Source: Anthoceros angustus
Taxonomy: Eukaryota > Plantae > Anthocerotophyta
DNA: 64,000 nucleotides
Reading direction: 5' to 3'
Assembly (NCBI GenBank): GCA_010909165.1
Contig: MU008158.1
Coordinates: forward strand, 3,125,478-3,189,477
Within the stretch, counting starts at the first letter, position 1. Every line of letters starts with the position of its first letter. The notes under the pieces were generated by a model, which was not told where the DNA came from, did no database searches, and saw only the letters and a program-made list of their open reading frames with translations. Below are positions 52,332 to 64,000 of the stretch, piece by piece. The position numbers and the translations under genes were made by a program.

Positions 52332-55287
52332 ATGGAAGGAAGCCCTTCCGACGCAAAAAGAAGCGCGAAGACAAGAGGAGCGAATGTCAGGCATCCGCCC
52401 AGGTCTCCTTTTGCAAGACGCGGATTGTTCAATGCGGATGATGGAGTCATATCGCCCACGGAGACCGGTAGATGCAAAGAGAAGAAGAGCATGACACCAC
52501 CCATATTCCTTGTGCAGAGCTTGGCTAACGCTCGCTTCATGCGAAACCTTCGAGAAAACGCTGCGCCTAGAAGCATTGCGGATTCGGTTTGTCGGACGTG
52601 TGCCATTGAGGAAAAGTGATGGGGCAGTTATCGCGGCTGAGTTTCGGAAACGATGTTGCAATGACATGTGTCTGCACAGGTTAACGAAGGAAAAATTTCA
52701 TGAGCAACGTTATCGTTTCCTCCGCATGGGAAGACAAGAACATGAGACATTTCTTGAAACCCTGATGCATGTCCAACGAGGAAATGCGGCAGAAAGCAGG
52801 GTTGTTCCTCATGTCATGGGCACCGCTGCGATCAAATGTTGTTTACGGGCATTTAGAAGAGTTTACTGCATTGGTCACAAAAGGTATGAGGAACTAAAGA
52901 GGTGGTCAATGAATGCACCATGGGGACGCTTTGAAGGCCAACCCCATACAGAAGACTGCCCACGCAGAGGGGGCCATCGCTTGGATGGACAATGCTTTTT
53001 TGAGCATGGCAGAAAGGCTGCCGAACGTGGAGGTCTTCAATCTTCCCGACACATACACGAAGTTGGAGATATGGGCTCAGTACAAGCGACAATGCGACAT
53101 ATCGGGCGTGCGGTTTGTAACATATGCGTGGTTTCTGAAATTGTGGAAAACGCACTTCAGCCGAGTGAAGATACCGAAGTCCAACAGGTTTTCAACGTGC
53201 TCTCTGTGCGCTGGCTTGAAAGCAACAATACGGAATACCACCTCCAAAGAGGATCAAGGTGCGCTTGAACTAAATAAACTTTCCACTTAGATCAGCGCCG
53301 AGGAAAGGGACCGAGATCCGCGCTGCCGGCGCCGTGGAGGATGTTGAACCGGAGTGGGGTCATCCCTTGGCCTTATTTTCGGGGGATTTGAGCGGACTTG
53401 AGTTAGTTGGATGGGGTTCCGGCGGGCGCCGTGGAGGATGTTGAACCCGTGGGCGCGCAGCGCATAACATCCTTACCGGCTTTTTCAGACGCTGTTGGGA
53501 TTTGAGCTAGCCGGAGCGTCCCGGCGGGCGCTGACCCGCCGCCGGCGCCCCGCCCCAGAACAAAATGTCCTGATGTGAAGGCGGCCATCCTTTCTGTGGT
53601 CTTCGAAGAGCGGGGAGAAAAGTTCATTGAAAGTGGATCGGGTTTCTGTGCTGTGGCAGGTGGGGTTTTAGAGACGGAAAAGGCCAAAATCTAATATCTT
53701 CATCCGATGTTGTTTGCAGGGAAGTACCAGGCCGCCCTCGACAAGCATCGAGAGCGACTATATGCAGAGCGTGCAAAGATGGCGAAACACCGCAGCAAAA
53801 GTTACGTTGAACCACATAAGTATATGTTGCTCTCCATTGATGGCATGGACCAAGAAAACAAAATACCCCATTTTTGAGGTGGCCCAAGAACCTTGAAGAG
53901 GAAAAGTCAATTTCGCTTCATGTTGTGGGGTGCTTGATACACAACTACACGCATAAAGCCGATTTTCCTCCATTACGAATCTTGAATGACGCAATTTGAC
54001 TATTGCGGTTATCCAAGATGTTATACATAGTTACCAGGGGGTCTTGCCCAAAGTTTTATACTTGCAGTTGGACAACACATGCCGGGAGAATAAGAACCAG
54101 CTATTATTTGCGTACTTAAATATGCTTGTGGACATAGGGACTTTCCAGAAAGTGAAGGTGGGGTTCCTACTAGTTGGGCACACACATGATCAGATTGATC
54201 AGATGTTTTCGTGTTTCTCGAAAACATTGAAACACAAGGAAGCACACACATTGGATGAGTTGACTCATATTCTAGTTGGTGCGTACACTCCGACACCCGA
54301 AGTGAAACTGTTGACGGAAGTTGCAGATTTTCGGACATATGTGTGGCCTATTCGGAGAGGGGAAGGTCGGCAAATGTATACTGCGGCGGTAAGGAGACTA
54401 AACAATTTATCGTTCCAGCACCAGTTCAAGATAACTCGGGAGGAAAAACAAGACAGAGGGCTAGTCACGGTAATCCGCAGCAAGCAGTACTCGACGTCGC
54501 CTCATTGGGAAACAGAATCAGGGTTAGAGTTCCTGAAGTTCGTCCCATTGGATGCCATTACTGCAGCACCGATGATGGCATTGCGGGTGAGGGACAAGAA
54601 GGGCTCGGATCCGGGCTTAAGGCCAACTGAAGGAGTCGCTCATTTGAAAGCTGGGCTTTCTGCTTTGAGGCCGTATGTGACAACAATTGCATAACCGTGG
54701 GAAGCTCGAAGGACCAAGAGGAGATTGTCATTGTGGAAAATAATATCGGTTATTTTGCAGGAACCATGGAAATGGTATTCCAGGCGATGTGGAAGTGATG
54801 CCCACCTGCATGTTCTCGACGAAGCATTGCTAGAGGAAGCTTTGATGAGGGACCTACCACAGCGGGATATGTATTTGGGAGCATACCAAAACCTAGGCCG
54901 GCAAAGGGAAATGGCTCGTCTGAATGGGGATGTAACGGAAATCAAGAAAGGATGGTTCATCGCAACACCATGCCACACAGACACTCATGATCACAACAGA
55001 CCTTTTTGGATAGGGAGGGTAGCCGATGTCAGACTTGGTGCCCCACGTCCCCACTTCCTCGTCCATTGGTATAGAACCGAGCATGATGCGCTTTGAAGGC
55101 GGTATGTGGAAGAGTACATAGTACGAGGGCGATTCACCAACCGGTCATGAACGGGAGTAAGAAAGGGCCCAAGGGTTTATATCCCAAAAATATGCAGAGC
55201 TATATGTAAACGAAATTAATACTGCATTACGGATTTAACCTCACATCACGGAAACACTTGTATGCCGTGGACAAAAAGCTATCGTGA
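52332..55287 (+). pseudogene. DD(D)-type DNA transposase (DUF7869 / Sola-like) with intron 53259-53719 and a C-terminal beta-barrel-like domain; several frameshifts
   Basis: N-terminal CC..C and C..AF..VY, then FLKLWK.HF..VKIPK..RFSTCSLC; spliced EDQG|KYQAALDKH..ER. Catalytic-type motifs SIDGMDQ (~53835), YLQLDNTCRENKN (~54060) and FLLVGHTHDQIDQMFS (~54165-54210). Confidence 0.82.
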
Positions 55288-56025
55288 TAAGTTAAATGAA
55301 TTGTAGGATTTATAGAACCCGCGAGTGTATAGGGGAGGAAAGGGACGAATAGGATGTACGAATTCGGCTTCCACTCCATGTGAGTGTAACTGGAGTGGAT
55401 GAGGGGGACGGATGTCACGAGAGAAACGGGCTTCTGTAATAGGTAGAGAACATACTTTTGCAAAATGTGTGGAGAGTGATTAAAAAACGTGTTGGTTTGG
55501 AGGGAAACTATTCCTGCGTAGTCTGCGTGGGTCTGAATGAATTTTTTGATATAGTTCCTCCTGTGGCACACCTTCCGGAGTTTTTCTTTGTGCATACAGA
55601 TACCAGCGTTTATGTTGCTGTCAAGGGACGTTCTTTCCAACACTTGCGCACTTCCTGCCATTCTTGGTTTTACTTTAATGGATAGGGAAAGGAGACATTG
55701 CATGACCTTGCGGTTGTCGGTGGCGCTTGTCGCCGAATTAAAACGCGTCAGACAGTTCCATGTCATGCTCATTCCACTTCTAAAGCTATCCAAAGAACCA
55801 TTGTCACAAAGCCAACGAGGGAGGAGCATTCCCGAAAAGTGCGTGGGAAGCGATCATGTGAGCTGTCACTCAGACTGGATTTGAGAGTGGGAGAGGCGCC
55901 GCCGCCGGCGCCTCCCACACCTCTTCAAATCCTTCCATTTACTATCTTTAGACCACATCTAAAGAGCTGAGGTCGATGTTCACCCTTAGAACCCTACTTG
56001 AAGGGGAGTAAGAACGGTAACATGA

Positions 56026-56640
56026 ATGGTCCACCACATGGGTCCGATTATAAAGGAAAGTGTAAAGTTCTGGAATGCAGAAACCCTTCGCATGCGTCTG
56101 ACAATCGACAACACTATGCAACCAATGGTGGGAGACCATGTTTTGGTGCTAAATTTGATGGAAATCCCAGTATACGCATGTTTTACACCCATGTGCAACC
56201 CTCTTTGGAGGATAAAAGTCACTCAACCCCCAACGGGTATATTCACCCCCTTGCAAATTTATCGTGTTAGGTGCCGAAATCCTTTGAAGAAACATGTCCA
56301 AGCCATCAAGCTTTTGGAGACCACGATCATGGGTTATGATTTTGTGTTGACGAGGAACAGGACTTTAAGCAAAAACACCATGGATATGTTGAAGAGGAAG
56401 GTCTTTGAGTTACGAGTAGAGCCTGGTGAGGAAGCGGCTGTGCTTCCTCCTATTGATGGTGATGAAACTGGTGATGAGCGGATTGATTCGGAAGACCTGG
56501 ACAACATTGAATCCTCTGATGCATCTGTTGATTATTTGGTGGACTTGATGGCAGGTGTGGACTCCGGTGAGGAGCCAGATCCTAACCCACCTAGAATTCA
56601 GAATTTTGATGTTCGTCGGGAGAGAGAGTTGAGGTCATAG
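56026..56640 (+). CDS. TE-cargo ORF (204 aa) with an acidic tail; probably the 3' part of a longer gene starting at ~55400
   Basis: Open frame. Paralogous to 37235-37392 (shared TATTCACCCCCTTGCAAATTTATCGTGTT; VT....G.FTPLQIYRV). IMGYDFVLTRNRTL resembles the transposase end ILHYGFNLTSRKHL. Confidence 0.5.
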   Translation: MVHHMGPIIKESVKFWNAETLRMRLTIDNTMQPMVGDHVLVLNLMEIPVYACFTPMCNPLWRIKVTQPPTGIFTPLQIYRVRCRNPLKKHVQAIKLLETTIMGYDFVLTRNRTLSKNTMDMLKRKVFELRVEPGEEAAVLPPIDGDETGDERIDSEDLDNIESSDASVDYLVDLMAGVDSGEEPDPNPPRIQNFDVRRERELRS

Positions 56641-59600
56641 ACAGTGATTTCCTAGTTCTGTCAAGGTGGTTTGTTTTTATTAGGATGTGTGCTCCTCTTT
56701 TGGGGTGTTGGCAAACAGGGTTGAGTCTATGTGGCTTCCACCACATCCGGCAAGCTTGTAACACGATCATGTTTTGTAAGGTTTCACGCTTGTCCGTGTA
56801 TGGCCTAGTGTACTGCTTATTTGGGCCGCAAGGTGGCTCGAGGTTCCGATAATTGTATGTAGGGGCGAAGAGAGCGGGGAGAGACCGGCGTAAACCCTCC
56901 TCGAGCGGGTACTCCCCACCCTCTTGCCCCTCACTCTCCTTGTTATTTTCCATCACGCTCCAAAAGCTGCGCTTTGCGTGGCGATCTCCCGGCTCACGAG
57001 TGCAGTGGGGTGAGGCGGGCGTGGTGGCCTTGGGTGGCGGCGAGTGATGCGTGTTGGTTGTGGAGGACGGTATGTTTGCAGGCGCTATCTGGAGATTGGA
57101 ACAGCTAAAAAGGCTTCTTCTCCTGGTGCTCTTCTTGTCCTCACTGCGCTCTCCTTGTCCATGTGACATGGCCGCCGCTGTGCCTTCTTCTGTTATTGTC
57201 GATATTGTTATTCTTCCCGGCTTCATTTGCCAAGTGCCGGTGCCGGTGCCGCTACTAACCCCTCGACTAGTGCACCCCTGTAAATGCAGCTAGTTCTCCA
57301 CGCTATGGCGAGAACGAGGAAAGGGCTACCAAATACCCCACGGGTGACATCTCACGACATCGGCCAAGAGGGCAAGGAGGAAGACCTCCTGGGGCCTTAG
57401 AGGAGGCAACAAAGTAGGCAATGTCGCTGTGGGCATCCGGGCTTCGGTGGCACCCATTTTCCTCACCCCAAGCCTGTTGTTGGTTCAGGAAGAGGTGGGG
57501 TCGTGGTGGCCTTTAAGGGAGCCGCTAGGGGTGTGGACCCCTTCCCGAGGGGATGAGGGTGGAAAGCCAAGGGATATAACCCGTGACCTCAAGCTTGCCG
57601 GGAGGAGGTGAAGACACTCATAGGAGCTGGTCAGACCATTTGGGCGGGAGATCACGGGAGCTGTCTAGAGAGGAGTTGGATGTCAAGACGACGTATGGGG
57701 CGAAGGAGGCAGAGGGAGCTAGCCCGGTGATGGTCGCATGTATACCTGGCCAAGGCCTTGGGCGCGTGGAGGGAGTGACCGTGAAGGGGAGGAGCCGATC
57801 CAACCCACCTAGAATTCGTAATTTTGATGTTCGGGGGAGAGAGAGTTGAGGTCATAGACGGATTTCCTAGTTCCCAAGGTGGTTTGTTTTATTAGGATGT
57901 GTGCTCCTCTTTGGGGTGTTGGCAAATGTGGTTGAGTCTATGTGGCTTCCACCACATCCGGCACGCTTGTAACACGATCATGTTTTGTAAGGTTTCACGC
58001 TTGTCCGGTGTATGGCCTAGTGTACTGCTTTATTTGGGCCGCAAGGTGGCTCGAGGTTCCGATAATTGTATGTAGGACGGAAGAGCGGGGAGAGACCGGA
58101 GCGTAAACCTCCTCCGCCGGGTACTCCCCACCCTCTTGCCCTCACTCTCCTTGTTATTTTCCATCACGCCCAAAAGCCCGCGGCTGGTGGTTGGCGATCC
58201 CGGCCATCGAGCGATCGGGGTGAGCGGGGCGGTGGCCTTGGGTGGCATGGCGAGTGATGCGTGTTGGTTGTGGAGGACGATGTTTGCGCGCTTATCCGAG
58301 ATTGGAACAATGCAAAAGGCTTCTTCTCCGGGTCAGCTCTTCTTGTCCCTCTCGTCACGCTTCCTTGTCCATGTGACGCACATGTCGGCGCGCTCGCTGG
58401 TCTGTTGTCGATGTTGTTGTTGCTGCATTGCCAAGCAAGATGTTGTCAGGCCGCCGGTGCCGCTACTAACCTCGGACTAGTGCACCCGCCTGCAGGTGTG
58501 CTAGTTCTCCACGCTATGAGAACGAGGAAAGGCGGCTACCACCCCCACGGGTGACATCTCACGACATCGGAAGAGGGCAAGGAGGAAGACCTCCTGGGGC
58601 CTTGTAGGAGGCAACAAAGTAGGCAATGTCGCCTGGAAGCGATCCGGGCCTGCACCCATTTTCCTCACCCCAAGCCTGTTGTTGGTCTGTGAAGGGAGGT
58701 GGGGTCGTGGTGGCCTTTAAGGGAGCCGCTAGGGGGGTGGACCCCTTCCGTAGGGGATGAGGGTGGAAAGCCAAGGGATATAACCCGTGACCTCAAGCTT
58801 GCCGGGAGGAGGTGAAGACACTCATAGGGAGCTACAAGATTCTAATCAGCCTAATGAGAGCTGTAGAGAGGAGTTGGATGTCAAGACGACGTATGGGCCG
58901 CTAAAAGGAGGCAGAGAGGAGCTAGCCCGGTGATGGTCGCAGTAGAACACCTGCCAAGGCCTTGTGGGAGGGAGGACCGTGAAGGTGAGTGAGGATGGCA
59001 TGGCTAAGCGCCAGGATTCTTGTTGCAAGTGATGTTCACATCCATTCTTTGTTGTGGTGGTGCTCACCTGGACATCCGTTTTTATGCTTTTTCTTCGCCT
59101 TCTCCCGTTCGACTTTCTATTCACATGCAGGTGTTTAAGCTATCCCTTTTATAAGTGAAGGAAATCAACCTGCTCAGTCAGTCTAGTGACAAGTGTTCGG
59201 TTTAAGCTCGCCTTTGTGTGTATTTGATGGAAATCTCAGATACGCATGTTTTACACCCATGTGCAACCCTCTTTGAGGATAAAAGTCACTCAACCCCAAC
59301 GGGTATATTCACCCCTTGCAAATTTATCGTGTTAGTAAACTTTGAAGAAACATGTCCAAGCCATCAAGCTTTTGGAGACCACGATCATGGGTTATGATTT
59401 TGTGTTGACGAGGAACAGGACTTTAAGCAAAAACACCATGGATATGTTGAAGAGGAAGGTCTTTGAGTTACTTAGTAGAGCCTCGTGAGGAAGCGTCATG
59501 CCTCCTATTGATGGTGATGAAACCGGTGATGAGCGGATTGATTCTAAGACTGACAACATTGAATCCTCCGATGCATCCGCTGATTATTTGGTGGACTTGA

Positions 59601-61100
59601 TGGCGGTGTGGACTTGAGGAGCCGATCCAACCCACCTAGAATTCGTAATTTTGATGTTCGGGGGAGAGAGAGTTGAGGTCATAGACGGATTTCCTAGTTC
59701 CCAAGGTGGTTTGTTTTATTAGGATGTGTGCTCCTCTTTGGGGTGTTGGCAAATGTGGTTGAGTCTATGTGGCTTCCACCACATCCGGCACGCTTGTAAC
59801 ACGATCATGTTTTGTAAGGTTTCACGCTTGTCCGGTGTATGGCCTAGTGTACTGCTTTATTTGGGCCGCAAGGTGGCTCGAGGTTCCGATAATTGTATGT
59901 AGGACGGAAGAGCGGGGAGAGACCGGAGCGTAAACCTCCTCCGCCGGGTACTCCCCACCCTCTTGCCCTCACTCTCCTTGTTATTTTCCATCACGCCCAA
60001 AAGCCCGCGGCTGGTGGTTGGCGATCCCGGCCATCGAGCGATCGGGGTGAGCGGGGCGGTGGCCTTGGGTGGCATGGCGAGTGATGCGTGTTGGTTGTGG
60101 AGGACGATGTTTGCGCGCTTATCCGAGATTGGAACAATGCAAAAGGCTTCTTCTCCGGGTCAGCTCTTCTTGTCCCTCTCGTCACGCTTCCTTGTCCATG
60201 TGACGCACATGTCGGCGCGCTCGCTGGTCTGTTGTCGATGTTGTTGTTGCTGCATTGCCAAGCAAGATGTTGTCAGGCCGCCGGTGCCGCTACTAACCTC
60301 GGACTAGTGCACCCGCCTGCAGGTGTGCTAGTTCTCCACGCTTGCGATGAGAACGAGGAAAGGCGGCTACCAGTCACCCCCACGGGTGACATCTGCTGAC
60401 ATCGCTGCGAAGAGGGCAAGGAGGAAGACCTCCTCAGTGGGGCCTTGCAAGGAGGCAACAGGCGAGGCAATGTCGCCTGTTGGAAGCGATCCGGGCTTCC
60501 AGTGGCACCCATTTTCCTCACCCCAAGCCTGTTGTTGGTTCAGGAAGGGGGAGGTGGGGGTCAGGGTGGCCTTAAGGGAGCCGCTAGGGGGTGTGGACCC
60601 CTTCCCAGAGGGGGATGAGGGTGGAAAGCCAAGGGATATAACCCGTGACCTCAAGCTTGCCGGGGAGGAGGTGAAGACAGCTCATAGGGAGCTACAAGAT
60701 TCTAATCAGCCTAATGAGAGCTGTAGAGAGGAGTTGGATGTCAAGACGACGTATGGGCCGCTAAAAGGAGGCAGAGAGGAGCTAGCCCGGTGATGGTCGC
60801 AGTAGAACACCTGCCAAGGCCTTGTGGGAGGGAGGACCGTGAAGGTGAGTGAGGATGGCAAGTATGTTTTCCGCCTTCTCGAGATTGTGCAAGTGATGTT
60901 CTCACACCGCTAGGGCTGGTGCTCACCTGGACATCCGCTTTTGGCCAACCGCCTTTCGCCGTTCTCGATTTCTATTCACGACAAAGACTTGCCGTGTTTA
61001 AGCTATCCCTTTTATAAGTGAAGGAAATCACTGCTACCGTCTGGGTCTAGTGACAAGTGTTCGGGTTTTAAGCTCGCCTTGTGTCGTGTATTTCGGATGG
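56154..61100. repeat. Nested tandem duplications (units ~1.2 kb and ~1.9 kb; core present three times)
   Basis: CCCACCTAGAATTC...GAGAGAGTTGAGGTCATAGAC at ~56586, 57803 and 59631. Jump-backs occur at ~57790 and ~59222. Confidence 0.92.
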
Positions 61101-62215
61101 CAAATGTGTAGAAGGGCGATTAATTAGTTTACATTTGGCTAAATTATACATCTAGTTCCCCACTTGGATACCAAATAACATGTGTTGATGCATTTGTCGT
61201 ATTATGTATAGTGACATGTAGAGACATATTGAACTTGAACTTTCATGTTGCCACAAATTTATGGAGACCGTTCGGGGGATGTCTGGACATGAGGGGCATG
61301 TGAAGGAAATGAAATGTATCCCCAACGTTAGTCTCGTCTGGACTTTGACCCTTAGTACATATATTCAAAAAGTGTCACAAACTTGGCGATTTTGAAAGAC
61401 TAACCGATTTTGGAAAAGTGTCCTTGAAAGTGCTGAAAACGCTGGTATTTTCAAACTTGATCCAACCAACGACCATTATTTGCAACATCAAATGGCATGA
61501 TAAAGCTAGAAATGGTATTATGAAAGACCCTGGGTTACCTGCGATGCGTGTTTTTTGACCCTTGTGTCTGGAAAACCCACGAAATCACGTTCTCATTTGA
61601 TTTCAAATGTAAAATTTGGTCATTTCGACCTCTGTCTCTAAAAAGAGGGGTGTGTCTCCAGGTCTTAGGAGACCTTGTTCAAGCTGTTTATCTAGGTTTA
61701 TCATGATGTAAGGATTACTAATTTTTTATGTCCTTGGCTCTCACAAATCTCAGTACACCCTCCAGCCACAACTATATATGCTGACGGCCCCTAGCTAGAA
61801 AAAATAAATTTATGACTTCTCCTACCAGAACTTCCTAGCGTAAACCCTTATGAACTCTAAAACTCTATATGATTTGAGATCACCTAGTGGTTCAACTTGT
61901 AGCCTAGCTATCTTATCTCCACCGAGAAAGTTTATTATGGGAAACCTCGGACATATGTCAAGACTCCTTGGGAAAGAGGATTCCTTGTATGTGATTTGGG
62001 ATTGTTGGAGACATTTTCTATTGAAAAACTTGAGACAAATGAAGGTCAACGCACACATAAATGGTCCTTGACCAATATGGGCAATATATTCTTATGTTGG
62101 CGTCGAATGTTTATATTTGTTGCAATAGAACGTGGGTTGACATCGATGAGGATGTTTCCGATTGGAGAACTTTGTAATTCCAAAAACATCCACATATGAT
62201 AGCACTCCTCGGAGA

Positions 62216-62900
62216 TGATTCCTTGACCATGTTTGGGATTGGAGAAAGACGAACATTTTACCTCTGTCTGTGACCAGGCAAGTGGCACATGCACCCTCTT
62301 TGCAATCTTCACTTCTATTGGTGCTAGAATCTCTATTAAATATGGTACTCCTCCACTAGAACCGGCAAGATTACATCGACAATTGGCAGCCTAGGACTGG
62401 AGGGACTTACAAAAGTTGGCTTATCACAAACTAATGACAAATATAGATCTTAACAAGAAGGCCCTCGAATACACGAGCATACTATGCAAGTATGGTGGAG
62501 ATATTGTAGATATAATGAAGTATGTGGAGAAACATGGAGTCGCTTTAGAAGAATTGTTCATACCATCCGGATGGAAGTCATCAAAATCCTCCCAACCAGC
62601 GCAATATATTGTTGCACAAGGTTGGTTTCAAAGTCTTCAAGACTTGATCCAAAAATGAAAGAATTTGTGAGATACACACCCTAGTGGTATCTCTTTGTGT
62701 GTGAAGATGGTGAGTTTGGCAACCATCCCGACCATGAAGCTCAAAACCTTATTCGCACGGGCTCCAAAGGACGCAGATGAAATGCATACTGCTAATAGTA
62801 GGGTTTGATAACGATGCATGGATATTACGTAAATTGGGTGAAACATGGGGTGATAATGGGTATTTTAGGGTCAACTTACTGAGAAAAGGCCCCGAATCTA
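62216..62900 (+). pseudogene. Intronless papain-like (C1A) cysteine protease relic
   Basis: DWRK (62237), VCDQASGTCTLFA (oxyanion Q, catalytic C), CKYGG..MKYVEKHGV and MH(.)ILLIVGFDNDAWILR..GETWGDNGYFRV. Frameshifted. Confidence 0.75.
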
Positions 62901-64000
62901 TGACCATGCATGTATACCTATTATTTAGGATTACGCTTATAAAAGATATAAAATTTACTTATGGGAATATTCAAGGTGAAGAATCTCCTAAAGGCTTAAG
63001 ATTTTAGAATAGTATAGCTTTAAACTAGTTTAATGCTTTCTTATCGAAGGTCACCGATCACGTGCCTTGTTGTTTGCGTGTATATCGTAGAAAAAGAGGA
63101 GCGGTCTCTATTCATTTTATGCTCTCGGTATGCATCCGCACTAACGCACATGCGCAAAAATCGCAGGCCAGGGTAATTAATAATGATAGCATGTACGAAA
63201 TGGGTTCTTTCCAAAATAGACTCTCTTTTCTTTCAGTACACCATACCATGATAAAGAAACTCTCCGAACCCAAGTATGTATAAACAAACAAATAAATAAA
63301 TAAATTTTATTCTTTTAAATTAAAATTTTATTTATTTACAGATAATAATAATAATAACTGTATCATAAGTATAAATAAGTATATGAGTAAATTTTATTAT
63401 TTAAACTTAAATTCTAATAATTTACAGATAATAATACCTATATCATAAGTCCAATGTTTTCAAGGATCAATGGGCCACTGGCACCATAGTTTGCTTGGGA
63501 TGTACATCAACTAATCTAAACGCTGCTCGCCATTCTAGTGGAGTGCGCAATGGTCTTAGTGCTCCACAACAAACCCCTGTCTTGACCTCAGCAGCCTTGC
63601 ACTCCGGCCGATTCAATTTTGAGCTACACCATGGCTTCGACGGTGGCTTCATCCGCCATGGCAGCTTCGCTACATTGCTGCTTCTCGAGCACTATCTTCC
63701 GAGGCCTTTAGCGAGCACGCCTTAAGTCGTCGGCCTCATTGAGGTGATCCTGCTAAAGAAGACAATGTCGAGTTTGATAAGCTCGCATTGTCTTTTGCGG
63801 TAGGATCACTAACTTCAGCTTTAGAACCGTAGCAACATCAACCGTGCAAAGTGCATACAAATGAGCTTGTAGGTGCTGCTCTCATGTAGTGCATGTTATC
63901 ATATGTATTGGAACCATGAGAAAGCAAAGACATTAAGATGTGTGTCTTAATATCCATCGCTAGATAATATCTAAATATCTATGCTATGAATATCCCTTTG

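Larger units (their letters stand above)
45470..61100. mobile_element. Putative large cargo-carrying DNA transposon (ParB gene <- -> transposase -> cargo ORF); boundaries approximate
   Basis: Divergent gene pair plus a downstream ORF in a uniform block flanked by AT-rich DNA. TIRs and TSD were not identified. Confidence 0.5.

Noticed and set aside
54673-54760. Second transposase intron (GTATGT...TTGCAG)
   Set aside because: Splicing does not restore the downstream frame as the sequence stands; it may be a frameshifted coding region.
33700-64000. Endogenous giant-virus insertion (MTase, ParB and papain are all virus-type genes)
   Set aside because: No viral hallmark gene (capsid, polB, packaging ATPase) was recognised, and the linked spliced transposase favours a DNA transposon. 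Not fully excluded for the papain.

Overview
Nuclear DNA of a land plant. The compact ~90-130 bp introns, GC-rich exons and high gene density suggest a bryophyte, possibly a hornwort (inference). A clean gene island at ~10.4-30.3 kb holds a SIP2-type GH36 alpha-galactosidase/raffinose-synthase-family gene, BRK1, a small membrane protein, a sulfotransferase-like/BCAT-like fusion, TRM5, a WSD1-like pseudogene and cytosolic HSP90. Repeat/TE DNA flanks it on both sides. Left flank: tandem arrays, a GC-rich minisatellite and a copia integrase fragment. Right flank (33.7-64 kb), the interesting part: (i) a spliced DUF7869/Sola-like DD(D) transposase divergent from a large ParB/Srx-domain gene and followed by a cargo gene; a paralogue of that cargo gene at 36.0-37.4 kb carries a prokaryote-like beta-class N4C/N6A DNA methyltransferase, so this looks like a cargo-carrying DNA transposon family with a ParB + amino-MTase module; (ii) a 5'-truncated Ty1/copia element with a spliced antisense gene (TM helix + C2HC zinc finger) between pol and the 3' LTR; (iii) an intronless papain-like protease relic. 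The TE DNA is full of microhomology-bounded tandem duplications. Their degraded copies carry CWG-specific errors resembling unpolished nanopore consensus over CHG-methylated DNA, so many frameshifts may be artefacts. All domain calls are by eye, with no database search.
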